A DNA stretch of 61,380 nt. Source: an uncultured Bacteroidota bacterium. GTDB lineage: Bacteria > Bacteroidota > Bacteroidia > Chitinophagales > LD1. Under the pieces are notes generated by a model that worked only from the letters and a program-made list of their open reading frames with translations, did not search any database and was not told the DNA's origin. The stretch lies in contig CAIXBT010000221.1 in assembly GCA_903917755.1 (NCBI GenBank), forward strand, positions 1-61,380, read 5' to 3'. Position 1 is the stretch's first letter. Each line of letters starts with the position of its first letter. This document shows, in pieces, positions 29,409-37,198 of this stretch. A program made the position numbers and the translations under genes.

Positions 29409-30704
29409 TTATTTTTTTGCCCGCACATATTTGTCATATGATTTGATGATCGCCTCATAGAGCAGATTACCTTGAAATTCATATCCTTTTTTGACAAAAT
29501 GTATCCCGTCAGATCGCATCAAACCATACCGTAACCATTGATAGCAGGATTTATATCCCCCTGCTATGGAATAGAGATCCCAAATTGCTATATGATGTGT
29601 AGCGGCATATTCCACCATAGCCGTATGCAATGCTGCCAGCGAAGTGTTGTAGTATTTTTTTCGGAAATAAGAATCTGATGGTGTGGTAAGGAGAATAGCC
29701 GCATTCGGATTGTATACGCGCAATACAGTGATAAGCGAATCCAGCTTTTGAATAGCATCCACCTTATCAAATGGCAGACGTTGTGCCTCATTGGTACCCA
29801 AAGAAATAATGATGAGTGATGGCTTGAGGGCTCTGGTCTGTTCTCCGAAATACTGCGCCCGCACATATTGGAAAGCCTCGGCACCATTGACACCGACTGC
29901 ATGATAGAGCACCCCGCTATTGTCAGTTTCCAGGTTCAGACCATAGACTGTAGTCTCATTTTGAGTTGAGGCATTCTTGCGCGCCTTCAGCGTCACTTCA
30001 TTTGTACTGGAGGGAAGAGTGATGCGCGAAGCATAATCAGAACTATCTATATGGTTTAGGCTACCTACCACCCTGCCGGTAGAGTCGAGTACATCAAAAT
30101 CAAATGCAGAACTGTCTTTCTGATAAAATACTGTTAACTTATTGAATGCATAATCAAGAGGCGGAAAATTAAAAGTCTTGATGCGAAAGGATGTGTTTTC
30201 AGAAAAAGACCTGATCGTGACACCACCTATCCCGATGGGCATGGGATCATTTACGAACACACATCGCTTCGATGTACAGACCACATTGCTGGTGATCTTG
30301 TAGTTAAAAGCCTCATTCGTGCCTGCCACATGTAGCGGCACCACCAGGCCACGACCCGCATTGCCAAAGTCGTTTTGAAAATCCGTCCTCACGGCACCCG
30401 ACAGCAGATCACACTGTATATGTGAATCACCGATCTGAAGAATATTGACCTGAAGCGGCTGTGCGGTGCGCAGGAGATAGAGTTGTTCAAAAAACGAATC
30501 GAGCACTTCCGCATGTACTACCTCATTTCTCTCGGCATGTATGAAAGGATACTTGCTGACGGTATAGTGTACTTCTTTGCTTTTCTCACCTGCACTGCAT
30601 GACTGCAAACATAGCAGAGCGATCATGATATGACCAATACGTGCAATGTTCTTACTGCAGATATCGATCCCCAGTTTGAAATAATATTTTATTGTATTGA
30701 TCAA
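29409..30704 (-). CDS. SGNH/GDSL-like hydrolase or acyltransferase partner of MBOAT
   Basis: 431 aa. Block I GDSH in NILQIGDSHIQCD, and a later GTNE block. It overlaps the upstream paralogue by 4 bp. Confidence 0.6.
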   Translation of the reverse strand: MINTIKYYFKLGIDICSKNIARIGHIMIALLCLQSCSAGEKSKEVHYTVSKYPFIHAERNEVVHAEVLDSFFEQLYLLRTAQPLQVNILQIGDSHIQCDLLSGAVRTDFQNDFGNAGRGLVVPLHVAGTNEAFNYKITSNVVCTSKRCVFVNDPMPIGIGGVTIRSFSENTSFRIKTFNFPPLDYAFNKLTVFYQKDSSAFDFDVLDSTGRVVGSLNHIDSSDYASRITLPSSTNEVTLKARKNASTQNETTVYGLNLETDNSGVLYHAVGVNGAEAFQYVRAQYFGEQTRALKPSLIIISLGTNEAQRLPFDKVDAIQKLDSLITVLRVYNPNAAILLTTPSDSYFRKKYYNTSLAALHTAMVEYAATHHIAIWDLYSIAGGYKSCYQWLRYGLMRSDGIHFVKKGYEFQGNLLYEAIIKSYDKYVRAKK

Positions 30705-32068
30705 TGTACTTGCTCCTTTGGTAAATGATGTTTATGAATAATAATTTTCTTTTTGCGGTCGAATTTTTCTTTTTCATAGCGAAGTGTGCTGATCAGAATA
30801 TCTGATATCTTTCTGCCTCCACGAAATGTCAGGTGGGTATAATCCTTATTAGCCAGTGCTGGCTTCAAACCCACCCATCTGACCATAGTAGAGTCGCCGC
30901 CCATCGCTTCAAAAAGATTCCAAAAGCATACACCATTGTCAGCTGCGACTTTGCGCTGCACCCCGATAAGCTCTTTGAGCATCGGCATGGTCTTATATTC
31001 TCCATCCACCTTTGCTCCACGATCGCTTACACCCACGAGCAGTATGCTGCTGTTTGGAAATGCCTTTTTGATCCTCTGCACTACTTTGGACATATTTTTT
31101 CCATAGCCGTTATAGTTCTTAGCTTTTTCATTAGCCACATTCAATCCATATGAGAGGATCACGAGACTATAGGGATGCAAAGAATCAAAAGCACGGTACA
31201 TACTTTCGCTCACGAGGTTGAGCCCCATACCGGAGTTACCACGGAGGGAGAAATTATCTACAGATATGCCCTTGGTATCTTCGAAACTCATCCCGTACAG
31301 ATCTATAGGATTATCGCCCGCTATCCCGATCCTGATCGATGGGTCATTCTTGCCCAGCAATATCGCATTGATCTCATCGCTGCCGCCTAGAGTGATCGTG
31401 TCGGCTTCATTGACAATAATGGCACAATCATTACACTTTCTATAAAAAAGCCTGCTGGTCGGAAGGGTATTGACATGCCGGTGATTAGGGGCTTTGTAGC
31501 TGACCTCACTGCCGGGTTTGGACACGAATGTGAGACCCGCCGGCCCGAGCGGGTGGTCTTCGCTCCTATCGCCTACTATGGAATAGGTTTGCCACTTGGT
31601 AAAGCTATGAATGATGGTCTGCCGAAACCCGGCTACCTCAGAGGTAATAGGTACAAAACCCACACCGCTGCCCCCATAGATAGATTGCATACTATCGCGA
31701 AAGGACTCCAGCATGATATCACCTTCGACATAAGAATCTGCAAAAAAAGCAATGCGGACCGGCTTGCGGCGGGACGAATCCAAAGCCGAGAGATAGGCAT
31801 TCATACCCGCACTGTCAGGACTGAAATCTTCTACGCAGGTGACTCCGGTCTTGCAGGTATCGATGTAGGTGGGTTTGACTATAATATCACTATCGCCGTG
31901 AGCTATCTGATCGGCTGTTTTTTTATTCAAAATATCCGCGAGGATATTGACACGTTTGAAATGAAAAGCACCGAGGTCAAACTCAGGCACGAGGTACATC
32001 AGGCCAAGACACAGGATGAGCCCGAAGGTCGCTTTGACCGAGTAATTAAGATAGTTCCTCTCCTCCAT
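30701..32068 (-). CDS. SGNH/GDSL-like hydrolase or acyltransferase partner of MBOAT (second copy)
   Basis: 455 aa with an N-terminal TM anchor and a Block I-like FFADSYVEGD. Its domain order is similar to 29409-30704. Confidence 0.55.
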   Translation of the reverse strand: MEERNYLNYSVKATFGLILCLGLMYLVPEFDLGAFHFKRVNILADILNKKTADQIAHGDSDIIVKPTYIDTCKTGVTCVEDFSPDSAGMNAYLSALDSSRRKPVRIAFFADSYVEGDIMLESFRDSMQSIYGGSGVGFVPITSEVAGFRQTIIHSFTKWQTYSIVGDRSEDHPLGPAGLTFVSKPGSEVSYKAPNHRHVNTLPTSRLFYRKCNDCAIIVNEADTITLGGSDEINAILLGKNDPSIRIGIAGDNPIDLYGMSFEDTKGISVDNFSLRGNSGMGLNLVSESMYRAFDSLHPYSLVILSYGLNVANEKAKNYNGYGKNMSKVVQRIKKAFPNSSILLVGVSDRGAKVDGEYKTMPMLKELIGVQRKVAADNGVCFWNLFEAMGGDSTMVRWVGLKPALANKDYTHLTFRGGRKISDILISTLRYEKEKFDRKKKIIIHKHHLPKEQVH

Positions 32069-32202
32069 AAAATGTGTGCGAAAATATGAAATATATCAAG
32101 GTAGTATGCTATAAACGCATTTAATAAATTAAATATTGTCAAGTATCCGGAAATTATTTTGCAGGCATACTTGCCTCATAAAAACATTACTATTAGGGCG
32201 AT

Positions 32203-32613
32203 CTATCGCTTTGTATAGATGATCTTCTCGTCCTCGTCGAAGCTGAAGGAGAATTTCAAACCGGTCGTGACATCTGAGATATGAATGACCAATTCCATTT
32301 GTCCATTATTCAAAAACGTGCCCTTGGCCGTCCACATTTTGGTAACCTGATTGGCAGTATGAGAAAATTCGTGCGGGGTCTTGAAATGTATTGAATCTTT
32401 CATCGTGACCATAAAGGTCGGTTCTATATCTCCCGGCTGATAAAATTCCACTTTACTATCATCACTACGATTAGCTTTCAATATCCAGGTGGCTTTTTTA
32501 GAAGTATCACTGAGAAAATAATTACCCACGAAAGCAGGGTTCACCTTGATCGATTTCTCTTTGAAAGCAAGCAAAAATGAGGCTGCCACTATCAGGAACA
32601 GGAATTTTTTCAT
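32203..32613 (-). CDS. Hypothetical secreted protein
   Basis: 136 aa with a signal-like N-terminus MKKFLFLIVAASFLLAF and no recognised motif. Confidence 0.5.
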   Translation of the reverse strand: MKKFLFLIVAASFLLAFKEKSIKVNPAFVGNYFLSDTSKKATWILKANRSDDSKVEFYQPGDIEPTFMVTMKDSIHFKTPHEFSHTANQVTKMWTAKGTFLNNGQMELVIHISDVTTGLKFSFSFDEDEKIIYTKR

Positions 32614-32641
32614 AAAAGAGGTTTTTACCGTATTGAAGATA

Positions 32642-34273
32642 CTAATCCTGTGCCAAAAAATGATACCTGTAATCTGTAGGTGGGACCAATGTTTCCTTTA
32701 TAGTCCTCGGTTGAACCCAACGAAGGAGATTGATCATCGATCCGGCCTTGTCATTAGTACCCGATCCTCTGGCACCACCGAATGGCTGCTGACCAACCAC
32801 GGCACCGGTCGGTTTATCATTGATATAGAAGTTTCCTGCGGCATTGCTGAGCTTCTGTGTAGCCAGTTCGATGGCGTAGCGGTCCTGAGCGATGATGGAA
32901 CCAGTCAGCGCATAGATAGAAGTACTATCCACGAGCGCTATCGTCTCCTCAAACTTATCATCATCATATACAAATATGGTCAGCACGGGGCCAAAGAGCT
33001 CTTCGCACATAGTCACATATTTCGGATCATGAGCGAGAATAACAGTAGGCTCGATAAACCAGCCTTTTGATTTGTCATAACCGCCACCTATCACTACTTC
33101 GGCCAGGTCGCTGTTTTTAGTATCATCTATAGCTGCAGCGAGTTTGTCAAAAGATTTCTCATCTATCACAGCATTGATGAAATTGGTGAAATCTTCCGTA
33201 GGGCCCATCTTCATGGTCTTCATATCTGCAGTCATCAGTTCTTTCACTTTCGGCCAGATGCTTTTGGGTACATATGCTCGTGAGGCAGCAGAGCATTTTT
33301 GTCCCTGATATTCGAATGAGCCGCGAGAGAGCGCCACCGACACCACATGTGGGTCAGCAGAGCTATGGGCAAGAACGAAATCCTTGCCACCTGTCTCACC
33401 TACTATACGAGGATATGATCTATACATATGAATATTATTTCCTATGCTTTTCCAAATATCCTGAAATACTCCTGTAGAACCGGTGAAGTGTATCCCAGCG
33501 AAATCTTTGTGCTTAAAGATCACATCTGCCGCATCAGGACCGGACGGATAGATGAGGTTGATGACACCAACTGGTACACCAGCTGCACGAAATATTTTCA
33601 TGAGTACATGAGCTGCATATACTTGGGTATTGCTCGGCTTCCAGACCACCACATTTCCCATCAGAGCACATGAGGACGGCAAATTGCCAGCTATGGCAGT
33701 GAAGTTGAACGGCGTGAGCGCATAGACGAATCCCTCCAGAGGGCGCCATTCGAGGCGGTTCCACATGCCAGGATTTGAATCAGGCTGAATGCTGTATATC
33801 TCGGTCATATACTTCACATTGAAGCGCAGGAAGTCTATGATCTCACAGGCAGAATCTATCTCGGCCTGATAGGCATTCTTAGACTGGCCAAGCATCGTGG
33901 CGGCATTGAGTTCTGCGCGATAGGGGCCTGCTATCAGGTCAGCCGCACGGAGAAATATCGATGCACGGTGCTCCCATGTCAGAGCCTGCCATTTTGGTGC
34001 TGCGGCGAGTGCTGCATCAATAGCCAAAGAGACATGGTGTTTTTCGCTTTTGTAGAAATACCCCAGCAGGTGCTTATGGTCATGCGGCGGGTGAAGTTCT
34101 GTTTTCTTGCCATCACGAATTTCCTTGTCGCCGATGAACATCGGTATATCGCGTACCTCGGCACGCATCTCTTTTAGTTTCGCCTGCAGTTCATTACGCT
34201 CGGAGCTGCCCGGAGCATAAGTTTTGACTGGCTCATTCTGTGGGGTGGGTACTTTGAAAAATCCTGTAGCCAT
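32642..34273 (-). CDS. pruA: L-glutamate gamma-semialdehyde (1-pyrroline-5-carboxylate) dehydrogenase
   Basis: Aldehyde dehydrogenase fold with the catalytic region FEYQGQKCSAASR and ETGGKD. MATGFFKVPTPQNEPV is the typical PruA start. I place the start at ATG 34273 rather than the track start at 34312. Confidence 0.85.
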   Translation of the reverse strand: MATGFFKVPTPQNEPVKTYAPGSSERNELQAKLKEMRAEVRDIPMFIGDKEIRDGKKTELHPPHDHKHLLGYFYKSEKHHVSLAIDAALAAAPKWQALTWEHRASIFLRAADLIAGPYRAELNAATMLGQSKNAYQAEIDSACEIIDFLRFNVKYMTEIYSIQPDSNPGMWNRLEWRPLEGFVYALTPFNFTAIAGNLPSSCALMGNVVVWKPSNTQVYAAHVLMKIFRAAGVPVGVINLIYPSGPDAADVIFKHKDFAGIHFTGSTGVFQDIWKSIGNNIHMYRSYPRIVGETGGKDFVLAHSSADPHVVSVALSRGSFEYQGQKCSAASRAYVPKSIWPKVKELMTADMKTMKMGPTEDFTNFINAVIDEKSFDKLAAAIDDTKNSDLAEVVIGGGYDKSKGWFIEPTVILAHDPKYVTMCEELFGPVLTIFVYDDDKFEETIALVDSTSIYALTGSIIAQDRYAIELATQKLSNAAGNFYINDKPTGAVVGQQPFGGARGSGTNDKAGSMINLLRWVQPRTIKETLVPPTDYRYHFLAQD

Positions 34274-34348
34274 ATTTTTAATTGATAATGGATAAATGAT
34301 AATGAAATGCATAGGTACAAAAGATTGAGCAGAGGAGGAAAAGGTCGT

Positions 34349-34403
34349 TTATTTCAAACGAATTTCTTATTTTGTTTGCGTCAATACCTATGTTATTTCA
34401 AAC
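34349..34403. repeat. 11-bp direct repeat TTATTTCAAAC (x2) in the pruA upstream region
   Basis: Exact copies at 34349-34359 and 34393-34403, spaced 44 bp. Confidence 0.5.
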
Positions 34404-34488
34404 CTGATGAGGGATTTTTCAAGCCCCATAGTACCTACCCGGTAGGGCAAGGTATGCTGTTGAATAATATTCGTTTTGGCTCTAATCT

Positions 34489-34790
34489 GTAGGTTCGAAT
34501 CCTACACCGTCCGTGAGGGTGGTTGGCGAAATGGTAAACGCGTGCACTGAAAATGCGCAATCAGAGAAGGTGGCTTCTTCGCAAAAAAGCCTTAGGAAAA
34601 TCTGGCGGAGGAATCCGGTATGTCTTCGGGAAACCGAAGTAATACAGTCGGAACCTTACCATGCAGGCGGACAGATACCGTTTGTGCCGATCGTGACACA
34701 TTCACCGAAAGCGGTCTTGCATCAGCAGGCACCCTTTCAATGCGCCTGTCGCGAGGAGCACCTACTCAAGACCGCTTCCGTAATTTTTTG
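34489..34790 (+). ncRNA. Candidate structured RNA of unknown class beginning with a tRNA-type T-arm/acceptor 3' strand
   Basis: Perfect T-arm GTAGG-TTCGAAT-CCTAC (34489-34505) plus ACCGTCC. GNRA hairpin CTTCGG-GAAA-CCGAAG (34624-34639). Hairpin GGCTT/AAGCC (34572-34591). Long-range helix AGCGGTC (34710-34716)/GACCGCT (34770-34776) followed by T6 (34784-34789). The region is GC-rich relative to its flanks, and the ORFs here translate to implausible proteins. Confidence 0.3.
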
Positions 34791-34827
34791 ATGGGCTCCT
34801 TTGCCGATTTTCTTTTTTGATATAAAA

Positions 34828-35952
34828 ATGAACAACATGATATACACTATTGGCGAGAATTCTGTCGGACTGGTTTACAGCAGTCAAAACAACTACATAA
34901 AACTATTGGAACTAGGCACACACTTCGTATCGCCTATGAACAAAGTTCATGTACACAGCAAGCTGATGCCATTCGAAGCAGCATCCTACCTGAATATTTT
35001 TATAAAAGATGAGAAGCTGATGTCTATGCTGCATCTGGTAGAAGTACGGGACAATGAGATCGTTTTGCTATATGAGAACGGAAACTTCAAACGTGTCCTT
35101 ACTCCGGGGCGATATACCTTTTGGAAAGAACTCATAGCATATACTTTCACTAAGATCGATCTTTCAAATATTGAAGTTGATACCGCCTTGGACAAAACCG
35201 TTTTCATGAAGCCCGAAGTTGCGGCTTATCTGCGTTTATACGCAGTAAATGTTTATGAAAAGGGCCTGCTTTATATTGACAATAAGTTTGAAAAAATACT
35301 TGAGCCCGGCAATTACATTTTTTGGAAAAATGCTACCAGTGTAAATGTTATAGCAGCTGATATGAGACAGCTCCAGATAGAAGTGTCAGGTCAGGAGATC
35401 CTCACCAAAGACAAGGCCGTACTCAGGATCACCTTTATGTGCCAATATCATATCACTGATATTTTTAAGGCACTCGTCAATGTAAAAGAGTATGAAAAAC
35501 AGCTTTACATCCTGCTACAACTGGCACTCCGCGAGTATATCGGAAATTTCACCATAGATGAACTACTGGAGAAAAAAGAAGAGATCGGCTCATACATATC
35601 CGAGAAGGTAAAAGAAAGCTGTGAGAACATCGGCGTTTCCATTATCTACTGCGGGATCAAAGATGTGATACTGCCCGGCGAGATCAAAGACATTCTCAAT
35701 CAGGTGCTAGTGGCTGAGAAGAAAGCGCAGGCTAACACCATCATGAGACGCGAAGAAACGGCATCTACCCGCAGCCTGCTCAATACGGCAAAATTGATGG
35801 AAGAAAACGAATTGCTTTTCAAACTTAAGGAGCTGGAATATATAGAACGTATCAGTGACAAGGTCTCCAGCATATCGCTATCCGGAGGCAACCAGATTAT
35901 GGAACAACTGAAAAGTATGTTTGTGAGCCTGAGAAAGGATACCAAAGAGTAA
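34828..35952 (+). CDS. SPFH/Band 7 domain protein (no obvious TM anchor)
   Basis: The C-terminal half is typical SPFH (KDKAVLRITFMCQYHITD..., GVSIIYCGIKDVILPGEIKD, AEKKAQANTIMRREE). I place the start at ATG 34828 (MNNMIYTIGE) rather than the track start at 34801. Confidence 0.7.
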   Translation: MNNMIYTIGENSVGLVYSSQNNYIKLLELGTHFVSPMNKVHVHSKLMPFEAASYLNIFIKDEKLMSMLHLVEVRDNEIVLLYENGNFKRVLTPGRYTFWKELIAYTFTKIDLSNIEVDTALDKTVFMKPEVAAYLRLYAVNVYEKGLLYIDNKFEKILEPGNYIFWKNATSVNVIAADMRQLQIEVSGQEILTKDKAVLRITFMCQYHITDIFKALVNVKEYEKQLYILLQLALREYIGNFTIDELLEKKEEIGSYISEKVKESCENIGVSIIYCGIKDVILPGEIKDILNQVLVAEKKAQANTIMRREETASTRSLLNTAKLMEENELLFKLKELEYIERISDKVSSISLSGGNQIMEQLKSMFVSLRKDTKE

Positions 35953-35964
35953 ATTCATTAAGAA

Positions 35965-36996
35965 TTACAACGCCCCTTCAAACTGCTTCAATAACCTGAC
36001 ATCATTCTCAAAGAATAGCCGCAAGTCATTGATCTGATATTTGAGCATGGTGATACGCTCTATGCCCATACCGAAAGCGAAGCCACTGTATCTGACGGCA
36101 TCGATCTTGCAATTTTCGAGTACCACTGGGTCTACCATACCGCAGCCGCCTATCTCTACCCATCCGCTCTGTTTGCAGACCGGACAGCCGCTACCGCCGC
36201 AAATGAAGCAGGAGATATCTATCTCTGCGCTTGGCTCTGTGAATGGAAAAAACGATGGACGGAAACGGATCTGAGTATCGCGACCGAACATCTCCTGCGC
36301 GAAGTAAAACATGGTCTGTTTGAGATCGGCGAAAGAGACATTTTCATCTATATACAATCCTTCCACCTGATGAAAGGTGCAGTGTGCACGCGCACTGATA
36401 GTTTCGTTGCGATAGACGCGGCCCGGCATGATCATGCGCAATGGTGGCTTCTGATTTTCCATCATACGCACCTGCACGGATGATGTATGCGTACGAAGCA
36501 TCCATTCTTTGTCTTCGGATAGGTAAAATGTATCCTGCATATCACGGGCAGGGTGGTCTTTGGGTGTGCCGAGTGCGGTGAAATTGTGCCAGTCATCTTC
36601 CACTTCGGGGCCTTCCGCTACGGTGAAGCCGATGCGCGAAAAGATCTCGATCATTTTATTTTTCACAATAGAAATAGGATGGCGTGTGCCCATAGCCACA
36701 GGGTAGCCTGGTGCTGTGAGGTCGGGTATCTCGGTAGATGATTTTGCGCCTGTGTCGGCTGCTGCTTTTTGCTCCTCATATTTTGCCTCGGCGGCAGCTT
36801 TGAGGGTGTTCATGAGCTGACCGTATTCCTTTTTGCGTTCGCCGGGCAGCTGTGCCATGGCGCTGAAGAGATCTTTCAATACATTCTTTGAACCCAGATA
36901 CTGAATACGGAATTGCTCCAACTCCTCTGCGTTAGAGGGTTTAGCGTCGTTGATGGCTGCGAGTACCGCGTTTGCTTTGTCAAAAATCTCCTGCAT
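35965..36996 (-). CDS. pheS: Phenylalanine--tRNA ligase alpha subunit
   Basis: 343 aa with class II aaRS motifs (HPARDMQDTFY, GRVYRNE, FRPSFFPFTEPSAE, GFAFGMGIERI). Confidence 0.95.
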   Translation of the reverse strand: MQEIFDKANAVLAAINDAKPSNAEELEQFRIQYLGSKNVLKDLFSAMAQLPGERKKEYGQLMNTLKAAAEAKYEEQKAAADTGAKSSTEIPDLTAPGYPVAMGTRHPISIVKNKMIEIFSRIGFTVAEGPEVEDDWHNFTALGTPKDHPARDMQDTFYLSEDKEWMLRTHTSSVQVRMMENQKPPLRMIMPGRVYRNETISARAHCTFHQVEGLYIDENVSFADLKQTMFYFAQEMFGRDTQIRFRPSFFPFTEPSAEIDISCFICGGSGCPVCKQSGWVEIGGCGMVDPVVLENCKIDAVRYSGFAFGMGIERITMLKYQINDLRLFFENDVRLLKQFEGAL

Positions 36997-37088
36997 GGGT
37001 CAAATATAGTAATGAGTCTTGAGTAGTTAGTATTTAGACAATACAAAAATGCAATGCGCGGATGTATTGTATAAAAGATATCAATTAT

Positions 37089-37179
37089 TGTAGAGACGCA
37101 AAAAATCTTGTGTCTGTATATCGCGGATGGGACGCAAAATATTGCCATTTCGGGAGACGCAATATTTTGCGTCTCTACA
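37089..37179. repeat. Inverted/direct repeat cluster between guaB and pheS
   Basis: There is a 15-bp perfect inverted repeat, TGTAGAGACGCAAAA (37089-37103) / TTTTGCGTCTCTACA (37165-37179). A local 9-bp hairpin forms from GAGACGCAA (37154-37162) / TTGCGTCTC (37167-37175). A third sense copy, GGACGCAAAAT, sits at 37130-37140. Confidence 0.7.
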
Positions 37180-37198
37180 TGTGGGTTCGCCCCCTACG

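Noticed and set aside
31475-32089. 204-aa plus-strand ORF antisense to the SGNH gene; similar long antisense ORFs lie at 51570-52133, 15680-16132, 16111-16620, 32546-33070 and 37904-38359
   Set aside because: Each lies wholly inside a gene with clear family motifs on the opposite strand, and each translates to a motif-less, Arg/Cys/His-rich sequence. These are typical shadow ORFs.
34478-34800. Assignment of the structured region to RNase P RNA or tmRNA
   Set aside because: On the minus strand there are faint resemblances (AGGGTGCC, GGTAAGG, ...CCGCC). But the near-invariant RNase P blocks (GAGGAAAGTCCGG, GGTAAGGGTGAAA, ACAGAACCCGGCTTA) are absent. For tmRNA I found no 5' GGGG acceptor strand complementary to ACCGTCC and no tag ORF ending in ALAA-stop. 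The T-loop reads correctly only on the plus strand, at the wrong (5') end for a standard tmRNA. I left it as unknown class.
34513-34820. ORFs 34513-34791 (92 aa, GTG start) and 34620-34820 (66 aa) as protein-coding genes
   Set aside because: The peptides are Cys/Arg/Ser-rich with no domain pattern. The DNA shows stacked hairpins and a tRNA-like T-arm. A structured RNA or a remnant is the better explanation.
37046-37180. The repeat cluster as a mini CRISPR array
   Set aside because: The copies are 9-15 bp, in both orientations, irregularly spaced and mutually complementary, and no cas genes are present. It is not a CRISPR array.
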